From contig JBAWXH010000008.1 in NCBI GenBank assembly GCA_037144155.1, forward strand, positions 28,261 through 92,260: a stretch of DNA of 64,000 nucleotides, written 5' to 3'. This stretch comes from Planctomycetota bacterium (GTDB lineage Bacteria > Planctomycetota > Planctomycetia > Pirellulales > Pirellulaceae). A program made the position numbers and the translations under genes. Below the pieces are notes generated by a model that ran no database searches, was not told the DNA's origin, and saw only the letters and a list, made by a program, of their open reading frames with translations. Positions 39,300-49,660 of the stretch are shown here, in pieces (the first letter of the stretch is position 1; each line of letters starts with the position of its first letter).

Positions 39300-42200
39300 T
39301 CAGGCAACTGTCGCCAAAGAATTTTCGAGATTGTTGACTTCGGGAAACAGTTCCCCATCAGAGACCGGCTCATCCGCATGGGCCGAGCGCGTTCCTGCGA
39401 TCAGGACATAGAGGGAAGGAACGACAAACAGGGTAAAAAGAGTACCGATGGCCATCCCGGCGACCAAGACAATACCAATACTATTCCGGGCCTGTGCACC
39501 CGGTCCAGTCACAAATACTAGAGGCAAATGGCCGAACACCGTTGCTGCGGAAGTCATCAACACCGGTCGCAGTCGTGTTTTCGATGCCTCGAGCGCCGCC
39601 TCCCATTTACTTCTTCCATTTTCCTGAAGATGGTTTGCAAACTCGACAATCAGGATCCCATTTTTTGCGACCAATCCCACCAGAGTGATCAGTCCAACTT
39701 GGGAATAGATATTGATGGTGGTCAAGCCTAGAAAGGTCAGAACCAGGGCTCCCGAAATCGCCAGCGGCACGGACCCCAAAAGGACAATCAAGGGATCGCG
39801 GAACGATTTGAATTGGGCGGCTAGGACGAGGTAGATCAAGGCCAAAGCGATCCCTAGAGTGACGGTCAACGACGAGCCTTCTTTTCGGATCTGGCGAGAC
39901 TCCCCCGCATAATCGACGGTGGCAGCACTACCCAAGACTCGGTCGGCAATTTCTTCCAGAGTCCGCAAACCGGATTCCTTGGTCAAACCAGGAATCCCCG
40001 GAATGATGGCGGCTTGGATTTGAACGGAACTCTGCTGCTGAAAGCGGCTCAATACACGCGGTGCCGTTTTGGGAATCACCGATGCAAATGTCGAGACGGG
40101 AACCAATTGTCCCGTCGGAGTTCGGATCTTCAAATCCATCAAGGACGAGGCCGATTGCCGATCTTTTTCGGCTAGCTGTGGGATGACCTGGTAGGATCGA
40201 TTGAAGTAATTGAATCGGTTGACATACCCACCCCCGAGCAACACACCTAACTCTTGTGCGATGGCTGCCAAATCGAGTTTTAAATCGGCGACTTTTTCTC
40301 GGTCGATGATGACTTGGGCTTGAGGCAAGTCCACCTTCAGATCGGTATCAACGAACAAAAACAAATGGGTTGATTGCGCTTCTGCAACGACCCGATTGGA
40401 AAGTTCCATCAACTGCGAAACGGGCAAATCGCTTTTGACAACCAGCTCCACGTCAAAATTCCCTGCTCCTGGGAGGGGTGGAACAAGCACGGGAAAGGGT
40501 TGCAAGCCTGGGATTTGAGAAGCGAGTCCAAACGTCTCGGGAACCATGGCGGACGTATTCCGCAGGTGGTTCTTTTCCCGCGAGTGCCAGTCCTTGGTAA
40601 TAATCCCTCCAAATCCAGAGTTCGATCCGACCAATGCCCACATGTAATCGGTTTCGGGCATGACGGCAAATTTATCTGCCAATTGCTTGGCCCATGCGAC
40701 GCTGCTCTTCAGCGTCGAATCGGGCGAGGCTTGTAACATTACGGCGATGGCTCCTTGGTCTTCTACAGGTGCCAGTTCTTTTCCGCTCATCATGTAGAAA
40801 GGAACGGCTGCGAAACCTACCAGCAAGGTCGCCAGTGCAATTGCCCATCGCAGATTCAAGGCCATCTCCAGGATCTCTCCATAGACATGCTGAATGGAAT
40901 CGAAGACGCGATTCACAACGCGCGTTAAAAACCCTTCCTTCCCAGTGGCGCTGAGCATCTGCGCGCTCATGACCGGAGACAACGTCACCGCCACAACACC
41001 CGACAGCAATACAGCTGCCGCGAGCGTAAAGGCGAATTCTCGAAAGAGCATCCCGGTCAGCCCCCCTTGGAACCCGATCGGTGCATACACCACGGCCAAC
41101 GTAATCGTCATAGCGACAATCGGGCCAAACAATTCCCGAGCGCTGACGAGCGCCGCATTGGTCTTGCTCATTCCTTCACGGATATGTCGCTGGACGTTTT
41201 CGACTACGACGATCGCATCATCGACAACTAAACCAACCGATAGCACGATGGCCAAGAGTGTCAATAAATTGAGGGAGAAACCCAGCATGTACATCAGCAT
41301 GGTGGCTCCGATCAGCGACACTGGCATCGCCACCAAGGGTACGATCGCCGTGCGAATCGAACCCATGAATAAGAAGACAACCAATCCGACGATTGCGATG
41401 GTTTCGATCAACGTTTTGGAAATTTCGCCTAAAGCATCCCGCATGAATTTCGTGGCGTCGTAGGCTAGGTTCATTTGTACATGTTTAGGCAGCGTCCCAC
41501 GGAGCCGATCCATCGCTGCCATCAGTCGATTCGCAACATCGATTTCATTGCTACCAGGTAGCGGCCAGACGGAAACATAGACCGCCTCTCGCCCGCGGTA
41601 CATGGCGACCATGCTGGCTTCCTCCGAACCGAACTCGACCGTCGCAACATCTCCCAGACGAATCACGGCACCGTCTCTTTGCGAAACAATCAGATTACGG
41701 AATTCTTCTTCGGATTTTAGATCGGTATCCGTCAGCAAGTCGACTTGAACGGCATCATTCTTCACCCGTCCAATGGCTGCCAAGTAGTTATTTCTACGAA
41801 GGGCTCCAAAAACGTCTCCTGGGGTCAGACTCAACTCGGAAAGCTTTTGTGGTGAAATCCATACGCGCATTGCGAGCGTCCGTCCACCCTCGACACCGAC
41901 CCTTTGGACTCCTGAGATGGTAGAGAGCTGCGGTTGAATACTGCGAGTTAAATAGTCGGTGAGCTGCGGAATGTCCCATTCGTCGGAGGTAAAACTGAGG
42001 TAGAACGACGCGTAGGGTCGATCAGCCCGCTGGATTTCAACCGCCGATGGCTCAGCTTCAGCAGGCAACTCGCGGCGAACCTGCTGCAACCTGGTGTTTA
42101 CCTCTGCCAATGCTTGCGTCGCATTGTAGTTCAACTTGAGCCGAATCGTGATCTGGCTCGATCCCGCCACGCTTTGGGATTGCACATAGTCGACCCCTCC

Positions 42201-42425
42201 GATGGAGGAGACCGCTTTTTCGATCGGTGTCGTTAGGAAGCCTCGAATGGTTTCTGCGCTGGCTCCGATGTATACGGTCGTGATGACGATCGAGGTGCTT
42301 TCTAGTTTCGGAAACTGCTGCACGGGCAACGATTGCGCTGATCGAATCCCCAAAAGGACGATCACTAGATTGACCACGATGGCCAAAACGGGATGTTTGA
42401 TAAAAATATCGGTGATCGATTTCAT
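39300..42425 (-). CDS. RND efflux permease (AcrB/MexI-like)
   Basis: VQQFP, GLVVDDAIVVVENV, GLVAKNGILIVEFA, RLRPVLMT. Confidence 0.95.
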   Translation of the reverse strand: MKSITDIFIKHPVLAIVVNLVIVLLGIRSAQSLPVQQFPKLESTSIVITTVYIGASAETIRGFLTTPIEKAVSSIGGVDYVQSQSVAGSSQITIRLKLNYNATQALAEVNTRLQQVRRELPAEAEPSAVEIQRADRPYASFYLSFTSDEWDIPQLTDYLTRSIQPQLSTISGVQRVGVEGGRTLAMRVWISPQKLSELSLTPGDVFGALRRNNYLAAIGRVKNDAVQVDLLTDTDLKSEEEFRNLIVSQRDGAVIRLGDVATVEFGSEEASMVAMYRGREAVYVSVWPLPGSNEIDVANRLMAAMDRLRGTLPKHVQMNLAYDATKFMRDALGEISKTLIETIAIVGLVVFLFMGSIRTAIVPLVAMPVSLIGATMLMYMLGFSLNLLTLLAIVLSVGLVVDDAIVVVENVQRHIREGMSKTNAALVSARELFGPIVAMTITLAVVYAPIGFQGGLTGMLFREFAFTLAAAVLLSGVVAVTLSPVMSAQMLSATGKEGFLTRVVNRVFDSIQHVYGEILEMALNLRWAIALATLLVGFAAVPFYMMSGKELAPVEDQGAIAVMLQASPDSTLKSSVAWAKQLADKFAVMPETDYMWALVGSNSGFGGIITKDWHSREKNHLRNTSAMVPETFGLASQIPGLQPFPVLVPPLPGAGNFDVELVVKSDLPVSQLMELSNRVVAEAQSTHLFLFVDTDLKVDLPQAQVIIDREKVADLKLDLAAIAQELGVLLGGGYVNRFNYFNRSYQVIPQLAEKDRQSASSLMDLKIRTPTGQLVPVSTFASVIPKTAPRVLSRFQQQSSVQIQAAIIPGIPGLTKESGLRTLEEIADRVLGSAATVDYAGESRQIRKEGSSLTVTLGIALALIYLVLAAQFKSFRDPLIVLLGSVPLAISGALVLTFLGLTTINIYSQVGLITLVGLVAKNGILIVEFANHLQENGRSKWEAALEASKTRLRPVLMTSAATVFGHLPLVFVTGPGAQARNSIGIVLVAGMAIGTLFTLFVVPSLYVLIAGTRSAHADEPVSDGELFPEVNNLENSLATVA

Positions 42426-42450
42426 CGTCCTGAATGGCCCCTTCAACGCA

Positions 42451-43551
42451 TCAATTCCGGCGTTGTTGTAAAGCTGTATTGGTCAATTCGGAAGGAGCAA
42501 CCCAAGTGCCATCCGAGATCTTGAACGATCCATCCGCGACGATCGTCTCGTTGGCTTGCAAGCCACTCAAAATGGCAATCTCATTGCCGACCGATGGGCC
42601 AGGAATCACGGTCCGTTGCCGGGCTATCGAACGGTCCGGATGTTCACGATCGGATTCCACTACATAGACAAAATTCCCTGCCGGACTGCTTCTTAGGGCG
42701 GATGAAGGAACGGTCATCGAAGGAACGGACAATCCGTATTCCACATCCACTCGGACCGAGTCATGGATATGCATTGTCTCAGGGGGGGAATCGATTCGAG
42801 CCCGCGCCAACATAGATCGCGTCACTCGATCGGATTGCGAATCGGTCGCAACAATTTTGGCTGGGAAGGATGCACCATCATGCTTGATCAGGACCTCATT
42901 TCCGACTCGGAGGTAGTCCGCCACTTGCTGAGGCATCATGAAGTCCACAAACACGTAACTATCCACTCCCTGCAACATGGTCACGAGCGATCCCTCAGGC
43001 AGATATTGCCCTGGATGGATATCAAGTAATCCCGCCCGGGCTGGGAAGGGAGCCACTAAAGTCTTCCTACGAATGATGGCCTCGATGCGTTTCACTTCGG
43101 CTTCGGACTGAGCCAGCAGTGCTTCGGTCTGATCCCTGTCCGATTCCGTCAATGCCTGAGTCTCCATCGCTTTCTTGATCCTTTGAAAGGTAGACATGGC
43201 AATGCGCTGGGCGGCTCGAGCGCTCTGCAACATGGCTTCCTCAACGGCCGTATCCAATTGCAGCAGGACTTGCCCGGGTTGTACCACATCGCCGGATTGG
43301 AAATGAACGGTGGAGACTGTACCGACGGATTCGGTTTTCAATTGAATACTGCGCGGCGCGACCACCGTTCCAATCGCTGTCGATGCTTGGCGGATTTGCG
43401 AAGAGCCTGGTTGGGCGATCACGACAGGGGTTGGAGATTCAGGTGGCAAAAATTGCGGCGCCATCATCGAACGGTACTTCAGCCCCGCTACGATTGCTCC
43501 GATGCCCACCACACCCAGGAGAATGAGTATCGATCCAAAAAAGGTTTTCAT
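42451..43551 (-). CDS. RND periplasmic adaptor (MFP)
   Basis: N-terminal TM, GTV..V.F.SG..V..GQ.L, APF..AG..I..GQY; co-oriented with the permease. Confidence 0.92.
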   Translation of the reverse strand: MKTFFGSILILLGVVGIGAIVAGLKYRSMMAPQFLPPESPTPVVIAQPGSSQIRQASTAIGTVVAPRSIQLKTESVGTVSTVHFQSGDVVQPGQVLLQLDTAVEEAMLQSARAAQRIAMSTFQRIKKAMETQALTESDRDQTEALLAQSEAEVKRIEAIIRRKTLVAPFPARAGLLDIHPGQYLPEGSLVTMLQGVDSYVFVDFMMPQQVADYLRVGNEVLIKHDGASFPAKIVATDSQSDRVTRSMLARARIDSPPETMHIHDSVRVDVEYGLSVPSMTVPSSALRSSPAGNFVYVVESDREHPDRSIARQRTVIPGPSVGNEIAILSGLQANETIVADGSFKISDGTWVAPSELTNTALQQRRN

Positions 43552-44040
43552 AAATGGTTGATTTGCCAAGCCAATGAAGTCCGCGAGCGTCGAATCTCGC
43601 CTGCCCGCGAGACCATACCATGCCCACAACAGTTTAATTCAATGTGTTCGGACATGGAAACGAACCTACTCCATTCGACCTGAACCGAGGTAAAAACCTC
43701 TCCGAAAGCGTAACCTTGATGAAGCGGAATCGCATCTTTCAGGTTCCGAGACCACTTTCCAATCCGTTCTGAATTCTAACGTTCTCGTTCAACATGTGTC
43801 GCAACTCGCGCCCTCTCCGGCTTCGGGCGGCATCATCGGCTTGCATGAATGAGATTCAGCAAGGCCTGGCTCAAACGACTTAAAGTGCCAGTGTTCCATT
43901 GGGCAATGGCCGACGATGTGGCCGATAGGCAACCGATGGTAGTTCATCTTTGTAATCGCTCTCCTAGTACATCATAATGATCATGGTCATCATGGTCCGT
44001 GTTTCCTCGTTTCGCTCGGTGACCGCGACACATTCTGCGG

Positions 44041-45264
44041 ATGCCAAGAAAGTTCGTTCCGGCAATGAACCAGCCTCAACGTGATGCAAATCTTCCAGAT
44101 GCAGCATTTGCAAATTCGTCCATGCGTATTGCCTGGCTATGGCCGATACTCCTGCTGATGTGGTGTGCCGTACTCTGCTTCGCGCATGATCCACGACCGT
44201 TGGGTGCTCCTTCTTGGGCGATCCAGGCCGTTCATTCGGTAGTAGGAATCTCCGAGTCCAAGTCGATCGTCGTGGCTACGGTCGCTCTTCGAGCCAGCGG
44301 TCTGGCAATCCTAGGGCTATTGGCGTCTCTCAGCTTAGGACGCGTTCCCCTGAAAATCGCTGCCCCAGCTGTCGTCTTCGGCGCTCCACTGCTGGCGGTC
44401 CTATGCCAGTGGATCAACCACGGGCATTTCCCGATCTCTATGCAATTGCAGTTGGGAATCGCAAGCGCTTTAATGGGGGCAATCGGTGGGCTTGCGTTGT
44501 ACCGAAGTTGGATCGCGGGTGCTGTACTTATCGGCCTGTTGGCGGGAGTCTATCTTTGGGGAACTTCGACGGGAATTACGGACGATTTGGCACGGAATGC
44601 CCGGATCACCGGAGAGTACGTGCTGGACCATGCAGATGAAATCTCCAATGGGGACCAAGGATTTGCAGATCTCCTGGAACGGGCATTCTTCTTTGCCGAT
44701 GACAATTCCCACGGAACGTCGGCCGTGGAAACGAACAAAGCCGCGATCCTGGCATTGGGAATTATCCTCGGTGAGGAGCGCGTGGCTCGAATCGCACAGC
44801 GCGATATGAAGTTCGAACGAACGAATGAGATTTTTAAATTGCGGCAAAGAATCACGCTGCGAGGCCGAAGCGATTTGCCGCGCCACTTTTGGGTGAGTGC
44901 GGCGATCGTCGTTCTCGCCGACGAGAATCGAGCCATGACGGTCGGCATCGGCAAAGAACTGATGGATGCAACCGATGGCGGTTCGGGTTTCTCCTTCGTC
45001 GACCTATTGGCGAATCGAGCGGGTATGCTGCTGGCAAACACGGCAACGCAAAGCGATTCAACTGCGAGAGCCTTGCATGCGAGAGTTCGGGAGGGCGTCG
45101 TACTCGATGACTTTTTCCCTGGCATCGATGAACTTCCCGAGGGATTCACGATGGATGAGTTTCAATCGCAACTCGGCGGATTGGGCGGAAACGAAACGTT
45201 GCGGCTAAAACGGGAAATTGAAGAAAGGCTTTCGACCTGTAGGGGATTGCATACCGCGTCGTGA
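44041..45264 (+). CDS. Membrane-anchored hypothetical protein (5 TM-like segments + helical domain with RHFWVSAA / GSGFSFVDLLANRAG motifs)
   Basis: Long ORF with hydrophobic N-half and a conserved-looking C-domain. Start may be 44122. Confidence 0.7.
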   Translation: MPRKFVPAMNQPQRDANLPDAAFANSSMRIAWLWPILLLMWCAVLCFAHDPRPLGAPSWAIQAVHSVVGISESKSIVVATVALRASGLAILGLLASLSLGRVPLKIAAPAVVFGAPLLAVLCQWINHGHFPISMQLQLGIASALMGAIGGLALYRSWIAGAVLIGLLAGVYLWGTSTGITDDLARNARITGEYVLDHADEISNGDQGFADLLERAFFFADDNSHGTSAVETNKAAILALGIILGEERVARIAQRDMKFERTNEIFKLRQRITLRGRSDLPRHFWVSAAIVVLADENRAMTVGIGKELMDATDGGSGFSFVDLLANRAGMLLANTATQSDSTARALHARVREGVVLDDFFPGIDELPEGFTMDEFQSQLGGLGGNETLRLKREIEERLSTCRGLHTAS

Positions 45265-45286
45265 TAACCATCGTCCCCCTGGGTTT

Positions 45287-45380
45287 CTCGTACTCCTATT
45301 CGATGACATGGTACTCGTACTCGTACTCGAATGATACCGCATCGAGTACGAGTACCGCGAAAGCTGAGTACGAGTACGAG
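45287..45380. repeat. Isolated GAGTAC hairpin core (copy 3, no TIRs)
   Basis: gtactc x3 - GAATGATACCGCATC - gagtac x2 - cGCGAAAGCt - gagtac x2. Confidence 0.8.
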
Positions 45381-45497
45381 GTCGCTATCACTTCGGGGGA
45401 AGATCAACTGAATCTTTCCACACAAGCATTGTCCTTCCTGCGCACGTGGTAATCCATTACTCGACGCGATTGGCAATCCAATCATGGTCGTAGTGGA

Positions 45498-45518
45498 TCG
45501 GCTAGCGCCTCAGGCTCA
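45498..45518 (+). repeat. REP-like family A unit (intact, empty site)
   Basis: tcggctagcgcctcaggctca, identical to 35772-35792. Confidence 0.85.
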
Positions 45519-45546
45519 TGGTTATCCATTGTTGGTTGGCATGACG

Positions 45547-46530
45547 TCAGTCGTCGAATCCTTTGGTTTCGCCTCCGGCGATCGAAGCCACATTCTTGAG
45601 GATGGTCATGTCAGCTTGGTAGCTGATCGTTCGAATCGAGCCATCACAAAGGACGGCATTCCATCCAGCGCCATGCGAACTTCCAAAGTCGTGACACGCT
45701 TTGCAGCTCTCTTGCGCATCCGCCTCGGGCCCGCGAGCGATGTAACGTACATACGAGTTGGTCGAGCCGTAATACTCGGGGAAGCCAATCAGAGGAGTTC
45801 GGTCACCGTAGCAAGTTCCAGTTTGGAGTCGGCGGGCATTCATGGCTTTTTCACCTAGGAGCAGGCTGTTGCTCATGCCGTCGAGAATCGCAGCCAATTT
45901 GATTTTGCTGCCGAGAGTCCATACACCCGGCTGTTCGAGCACGATCGTGGCATCATTCACGTTCGTGCTCAAAGCCGCTCCGCCGCTAATGGCATAGTCC
46001 GTTCGCGCCCCTTTGGATCCGAACTTGGTATCGAAGGGAGCTACAAGCGGATAGGCAATGGCATCGCGTCGCGACGGGCAATTGAATTGCGGCACGGTTT
46101 GTTCGACAAACTTGTAGTCGGCGGCGTTCAGAAGAGCTTCTCCCGCAAAGTTATCGTTAATCCGGATGAGATTGGTCGCCAATTGGACTTGTTCCATGTG
46201 AGGCATGATCTGCACCATCCAAGGAACTCCGTGGGCATCCATCCGCGCCGAAGTGGTGATCCCTGCGACGGCCAGAGGAGCCAATTCCCCGGCGTACCCC
46301 GGCAGCCTCTTGTTCGCCGATTCGTAATTATGAACACCGAGCATAATTTGACGCATGCGGTTCATGCAGTCCGCACGACGGGCCGCTTCGCGGGCTGCTT
46401 GGACAGCAGGGAGCAATAAACCGACCAGCACGCCAATAATGGCGATTACGACTAATAGTTCAACCAGCGTAAAGGCCCGATGAATACGTGATCCTAAAGC
46501 GGAACGATTGACCGAATAGAAAACAGCCAT
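45547..46530 (-). CDS. DUF1559 prepilin-type cleavage/methylation protein with H-X9-DG motif
   Basis: RAFTLVELLVVIAIIGVLVGLLLPAVQAAREAARR, FNCPS, HGAGWNAVLCDG. Confidence 0.95.
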   Translation of the reverse strand: MAVFYSVNRSALGSRIHRAFTLVELLVVIAIIGVLVGLLLPAVQAAREAARRADCMNRMRQIMLGVHNYESANKRLPGYAGELAPLAVAGITTSARMDAHGVPWMVQIMPHMEQVQLATNLIRINDNFAGEALLNAADYKFVEQTVPQFNCPSRRDAIAYPLVAPFDTKFGSKGARTDYAISGGAALSTNVNDATIVLEQPGVWTLGSKIKLAAILDGMSNSLLLGEKAMNARRLQTGTCYGDRTPLIGFPEYYGSTNSYVRYIARGPEADAQESCKACHDFGSSHGAGWNAVLCDGSIRTISYQADMTILKNVASIAGGETKGFDD

Positions 46531-47030
46531 CTTCAAACTCCGAGAAAGATAGAAAAGAATTACCGGAGATGTCTTCGACATGAAGAAGTCACAGAAGATG
46601 AGCCTCGAGAGGCGCATCTTCGGTGCGGGCTTGCATCCTTCTAATCGTGACTCCCAAGAGTCTAGCGGGTGCGCGAAAAGCGCCGCAACTATCACGGGTA
46701 ATATTTTCCTTAGAAAATCGCCCGAAGAATACGTTGCCCTCCGACAGGTTCTCTTTAGGAACCTTGACTCGCTCGGTCCTTCACAAGGAGTGTCAGCTGC
46801 GTTTCGAAACGAAATGTCTCGGTTCCCGATGCATCACACCGCGCTGATTACGTCCTAATTCGAAACCGTTCGCAAGCAACGGACTGGCCCTGGGTCATGC
46901 GTCGGGTTGTGATTTTCGCCCCGCGATGGGATAACTCTATGAAGAGCGGATCAGGTCGGATGCGACTGAACCTGACGGCGGAAACGCCATAGATCCTTGA
47001 ATACTCCTTGAATACTTAGCGGAGACTCTC

Positions 47031-47513
47031 ATGTCAGACTGGCTTGAAATTGGTACGAAAGCCCCTAGCTTCTCACTACCCTCCGATTCAGGAGCGAAAA
47101 TCAAGCTCTCGGCGTACAAGGACTCCCCAGTCGTCCTTTACTTTTATCCAAGAGATGACACACCGGGTTGCACAAAAGAGGCCTGTGCATTTCGCGATTC
47201 CAGCCAGGAGCTCAAGAAACTCGGGGCTGTTGTTCTCGGGGTGAGCACCGATTCGGTTGCTTCGCACGTCAAATTCCGTGATAAATTCGAGCTCAACTTC
47301 CCATTGCTAGCCGATGAAGATCACGCCGTCGCAGAATCCTATGGTGCGTGGCGAGAAAAAAACATGTACGGCAAGAAATCTATGGGGATTCAGCGGAGTA
47401 CTTATCTGATCGATGCGCACGGCAAAATCGCGCGCGTTTGGAAGAAGGTAAGTGTCGACGGTCATGATGCCGAGGTTTTGGAGGCCTTGCGTGAACTCCT
47501 TAGCGCCGGTTAA
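47031..47513 (+). CDS. bcp: Thioredoxin-dependent peroxiredoxin BCP/PrxQ
   Basis: YFYPRDDTPGCTKEAC. Confidence 0.95.
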   Translation: MSDWLEIGTKAPSFSLPSDSGAKIKLSAYKDSPVVLYFYPRDDTPGCTKEACAFRDSSQELKKLGAVVLGVSTDSVASHVKFRDKFELNFPLLADEDHAVAESYGAWREKNMYGKKSMGIQRSTYLIDAHGKIARVWKKVSVDGHDAEVLEALRELLSAG

Positions 47514-47611
47514 ATCGGTCCCGAAGTTCGCTACGCTATCCTCGTCCATGCCTTCGGTTGACTACGTCAGGCGACCTGTTTCCTTCCCAGATCTCAACTC
47601 CCATCATCATA

Positions 47612-48412
47612 ATGCACCCTCTTCAACTGGTCATTCAAGGAGCTTCGGGCAGAAACGGACGAAGACTGATCGCTCTAGGCAGTTTGGATCCGGAGGTCCA
47701 GCTTGTTGGAGCCATCGTTCGGCCGACCTCCCATGCCGTTGGACAGGATGCTGGCACCGTCGCTGGAGGTGCAGCCATCGGCTTGGCGATCGACCACCAT
47801 TGGCCGTCAACATTCGAATCGGTCATCGATTTCTCTAGTCCAGAGGGTTGCATGGAAGCGTTGGACGAATGCCTGCAGCACCATGCATCCATTGTTATTG
47901 CAACCACAGGACTTCAACCCACGCAAATCTCTCGTATTCATGAAGCGGCAAAACAGATTCCGGTCTGCTTCGCTCCCAACACCAGCGTTGCTGTCAACAT
48001 AGGGATGAAACTCGTCGAACGGGCAGCCCGCGCTCTCAAGCACATTCCTGGAGGAGTGGATGTCGAAATCATCGAACGGCATCATCGCTTCAAAGAAGAC
48101 AGCCCCAGCGGTACCGCTATCAAACTCGGACAACTGATCGCATCCGAAATGCAAATCGAGAATCATGTGCATGGACGGGAAGGACTCGTAGGACGACGCA
48201 CTCACAATGAAATCGGATACCACGCAGTACGAGTCGGTGACGACGTCGGTCAACACACCGTTGTGTTTGGCATGATGGGCGAAACGGTAGAGATCCGAGT
48301 GGCTGCATCGAATCGAGACTGCTATGCGACCGGAGCCATCGCGGCTGCAAAATTCCTAGCCAATCAAGGCCCAGGACTCTATTCGATGGCCGATGTGTTA
48401 GGACTTGATTGA
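47612..48412 (+). CDS. dapB: 4-hydroxy-tetrahydrodipicolinate reductase
   Basis: GASGRNG, IDFS, ATTG, EIIERHHRFKEDSPSGTA. Confidence 0.95.
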   Translation: MHPLQLVIQGASGRNGRRLIALGSLDPEVQLVGAIVRPTSHAVGQDAGTVAGGAAIGLAIDHHWPSTFESVIDFSSPEGCMEALDECLQHHASIVIATTGLQPTQISRIHEAAKQIPVCFAPNTSVAVNIGMKLVERAARALKHIPGGVDVEIIERHHRFKEDSPSGTAIKLGQLIASEMQIENHVHGREGLVGRRTHNEIGYHAVRVGDDVGQHTVVFGMMGETVEIRVAASNRDCYATGAIAAAKFLANQGPGLYSMADVLGLD

Positions 48413-48444
48413 TCGATTTTTTCCTTCAAGGCGCAACCAAGACG

Positions 48445-48801
48445 ATGGCTCGATGCGATCAAGGATATCTCTGCCGCGTTTGTGGTTTGGAAGTGGAAGA
48501 GCTAACCGATAGCGAACTCTATCTACGCTACGTGATCCATGAAATCGATTCTCAGACGCTGATCCATTTGCGCGATTGCCACTTAACGTGCAATCCGGTT
48601 TTGGCCCAGTTCATCGATGATCCGCGTCTGTCGTTCGATCTCTCGGTTCCCGAATCACTCGACCAACGGTCACTCGATCAGGCATTTGTGATGGAAAGAC
48701 GGCTGCGGCTGAGTGAAGGATATCGCCGTCTATGGGAAATTCGAGATCATCGACGCCGTTTCCCGCACATCCAAGACTATCCCCTTCCTCGGCAAGATTG
48801 A
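48445..48801 (+). CDS. Conserved hypothetical Cys/His-containing protein
   Basis: CDQGYLCRVC and CHLTC clusters; follows dapB in the same direction. Confidence 0.7.
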   Translation: MARCDQGYLCRVCGLEVEELTDSELYLRYVIHEIDSQTLIHLRDCHLTCNPVLAQFIDDPRLSFDLSVPESLDQRSLDQAFVMERRLRLSEGYRRLWEIRDHRRRFPHIQDYPLPRQD

Positions 48802-48874
48802 CGCTCGAACGATGAGACATGCATTCTTGTCGAGTTCGAGAGTGCCATCGAATATCGAATTGGCTTCCTTTGGG

Positions 48875-49660
48875 TCAGCCAGCACGACGTTCCAAAGAGG
48901 AGGCTGTCGTTTGCGCGTGTCGCGATGCCCACTGTTGGAGCTTGGATTCCAGCATTTGCAAAACCTTTGCTGCCAGCGCTCCATCGATCGCTCGATGATC
49001 GCAAATGAGTGCGACATCGCACGAACCATCCGGGAGGATTGGACCAATGGCTAGGCTGGTCGTCGTGATCAAGGGATGGTGCCCATTGAGCGCTCCGAGT
49101 TGCCCAAGACTCGATACCGTGAATGTGCCGACAGCTTTTGCCCTTCGACGACCACTCCACTGTGTCAGTATCCACCACATGGCTCGACGTACGACGGCTG
49201 GACGGCTTTCTAACCGCAAGCCATCTCGAAACACGGCTTCAATGGGATGGTGAGCAAATCCGTCGATCGCGGATTGAATGTCATGGATCGACTGTTGGTG
49301 CGGTGATGCCATACGGCCCCAGATCAATCGCTCGTTCCCTTGATCGTCCGAGCGATGGACTGTGATACTGGCCACGGGCTCTGGATGCCTGTAAAGATAG
49401 TTTGTCGGCCATCGGACGAAGAGTTCGCGCAGCTCAGGTGTGTCGCTGCAGATTTGGCTGTAGGCGCGGACGAAAAGAGCGGTCCAGCCAACGCGCGACG
49501 GGAGATCGCGCCGAGCTGCATCGACTGTCCCCAGTTGCATAGTACGAACGACAGGAAAGCTGGGGACGGATTGGGCTGCGATTGCGATATCCACAGCCAT
49601 GCGCCGATGACTGGGGAGCCATCGGCGCGAGCCTCGGTCTTTGCCGGATGCATTGCTCAT
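48875..49660 (-). CDS. Stand-alone 2-oxoacid dehydrogenase E2-like acyltransferase catalytic domain
   Basis: GTFTVSSLG and DHRAIDG motifs; no lipoyl or E3-binding domain. Confidence 0.75.
   Translation of the reverse strand: MSNASGKDRGSRRWLPSHRRMAVDIAIAAQSVPSFPVVRTMQLGTVDAARRDLPSRVGWTALFVRAYSQICSDTPELRELFVRWPTNYLYRHPEPVASITVHRSDDQGNERLIWGRMASPHQQSIHDIQSAIDGFAHHPIEAVFRDGLRLESRPAVVRRAMWWILTQWSGRRRAKAVGTFTVSSLGQLGALNGHHPLITTTSLAIGPILPDGSCDVALICDHRAIDGALAAKVLQMLESKLQQWASRHAQTTASSLERRAG

Noticed and set aside
43630-44040. Small ORFs between the RND adaptor and the 44041 gene (e.g. a 52-aa minus ORF from 43947 after GGAGAG; a His-rich stretch near 43970)
   Set aside because: No recognisable motif and several competing frames; cannot be supported without homology or Ribo-seq
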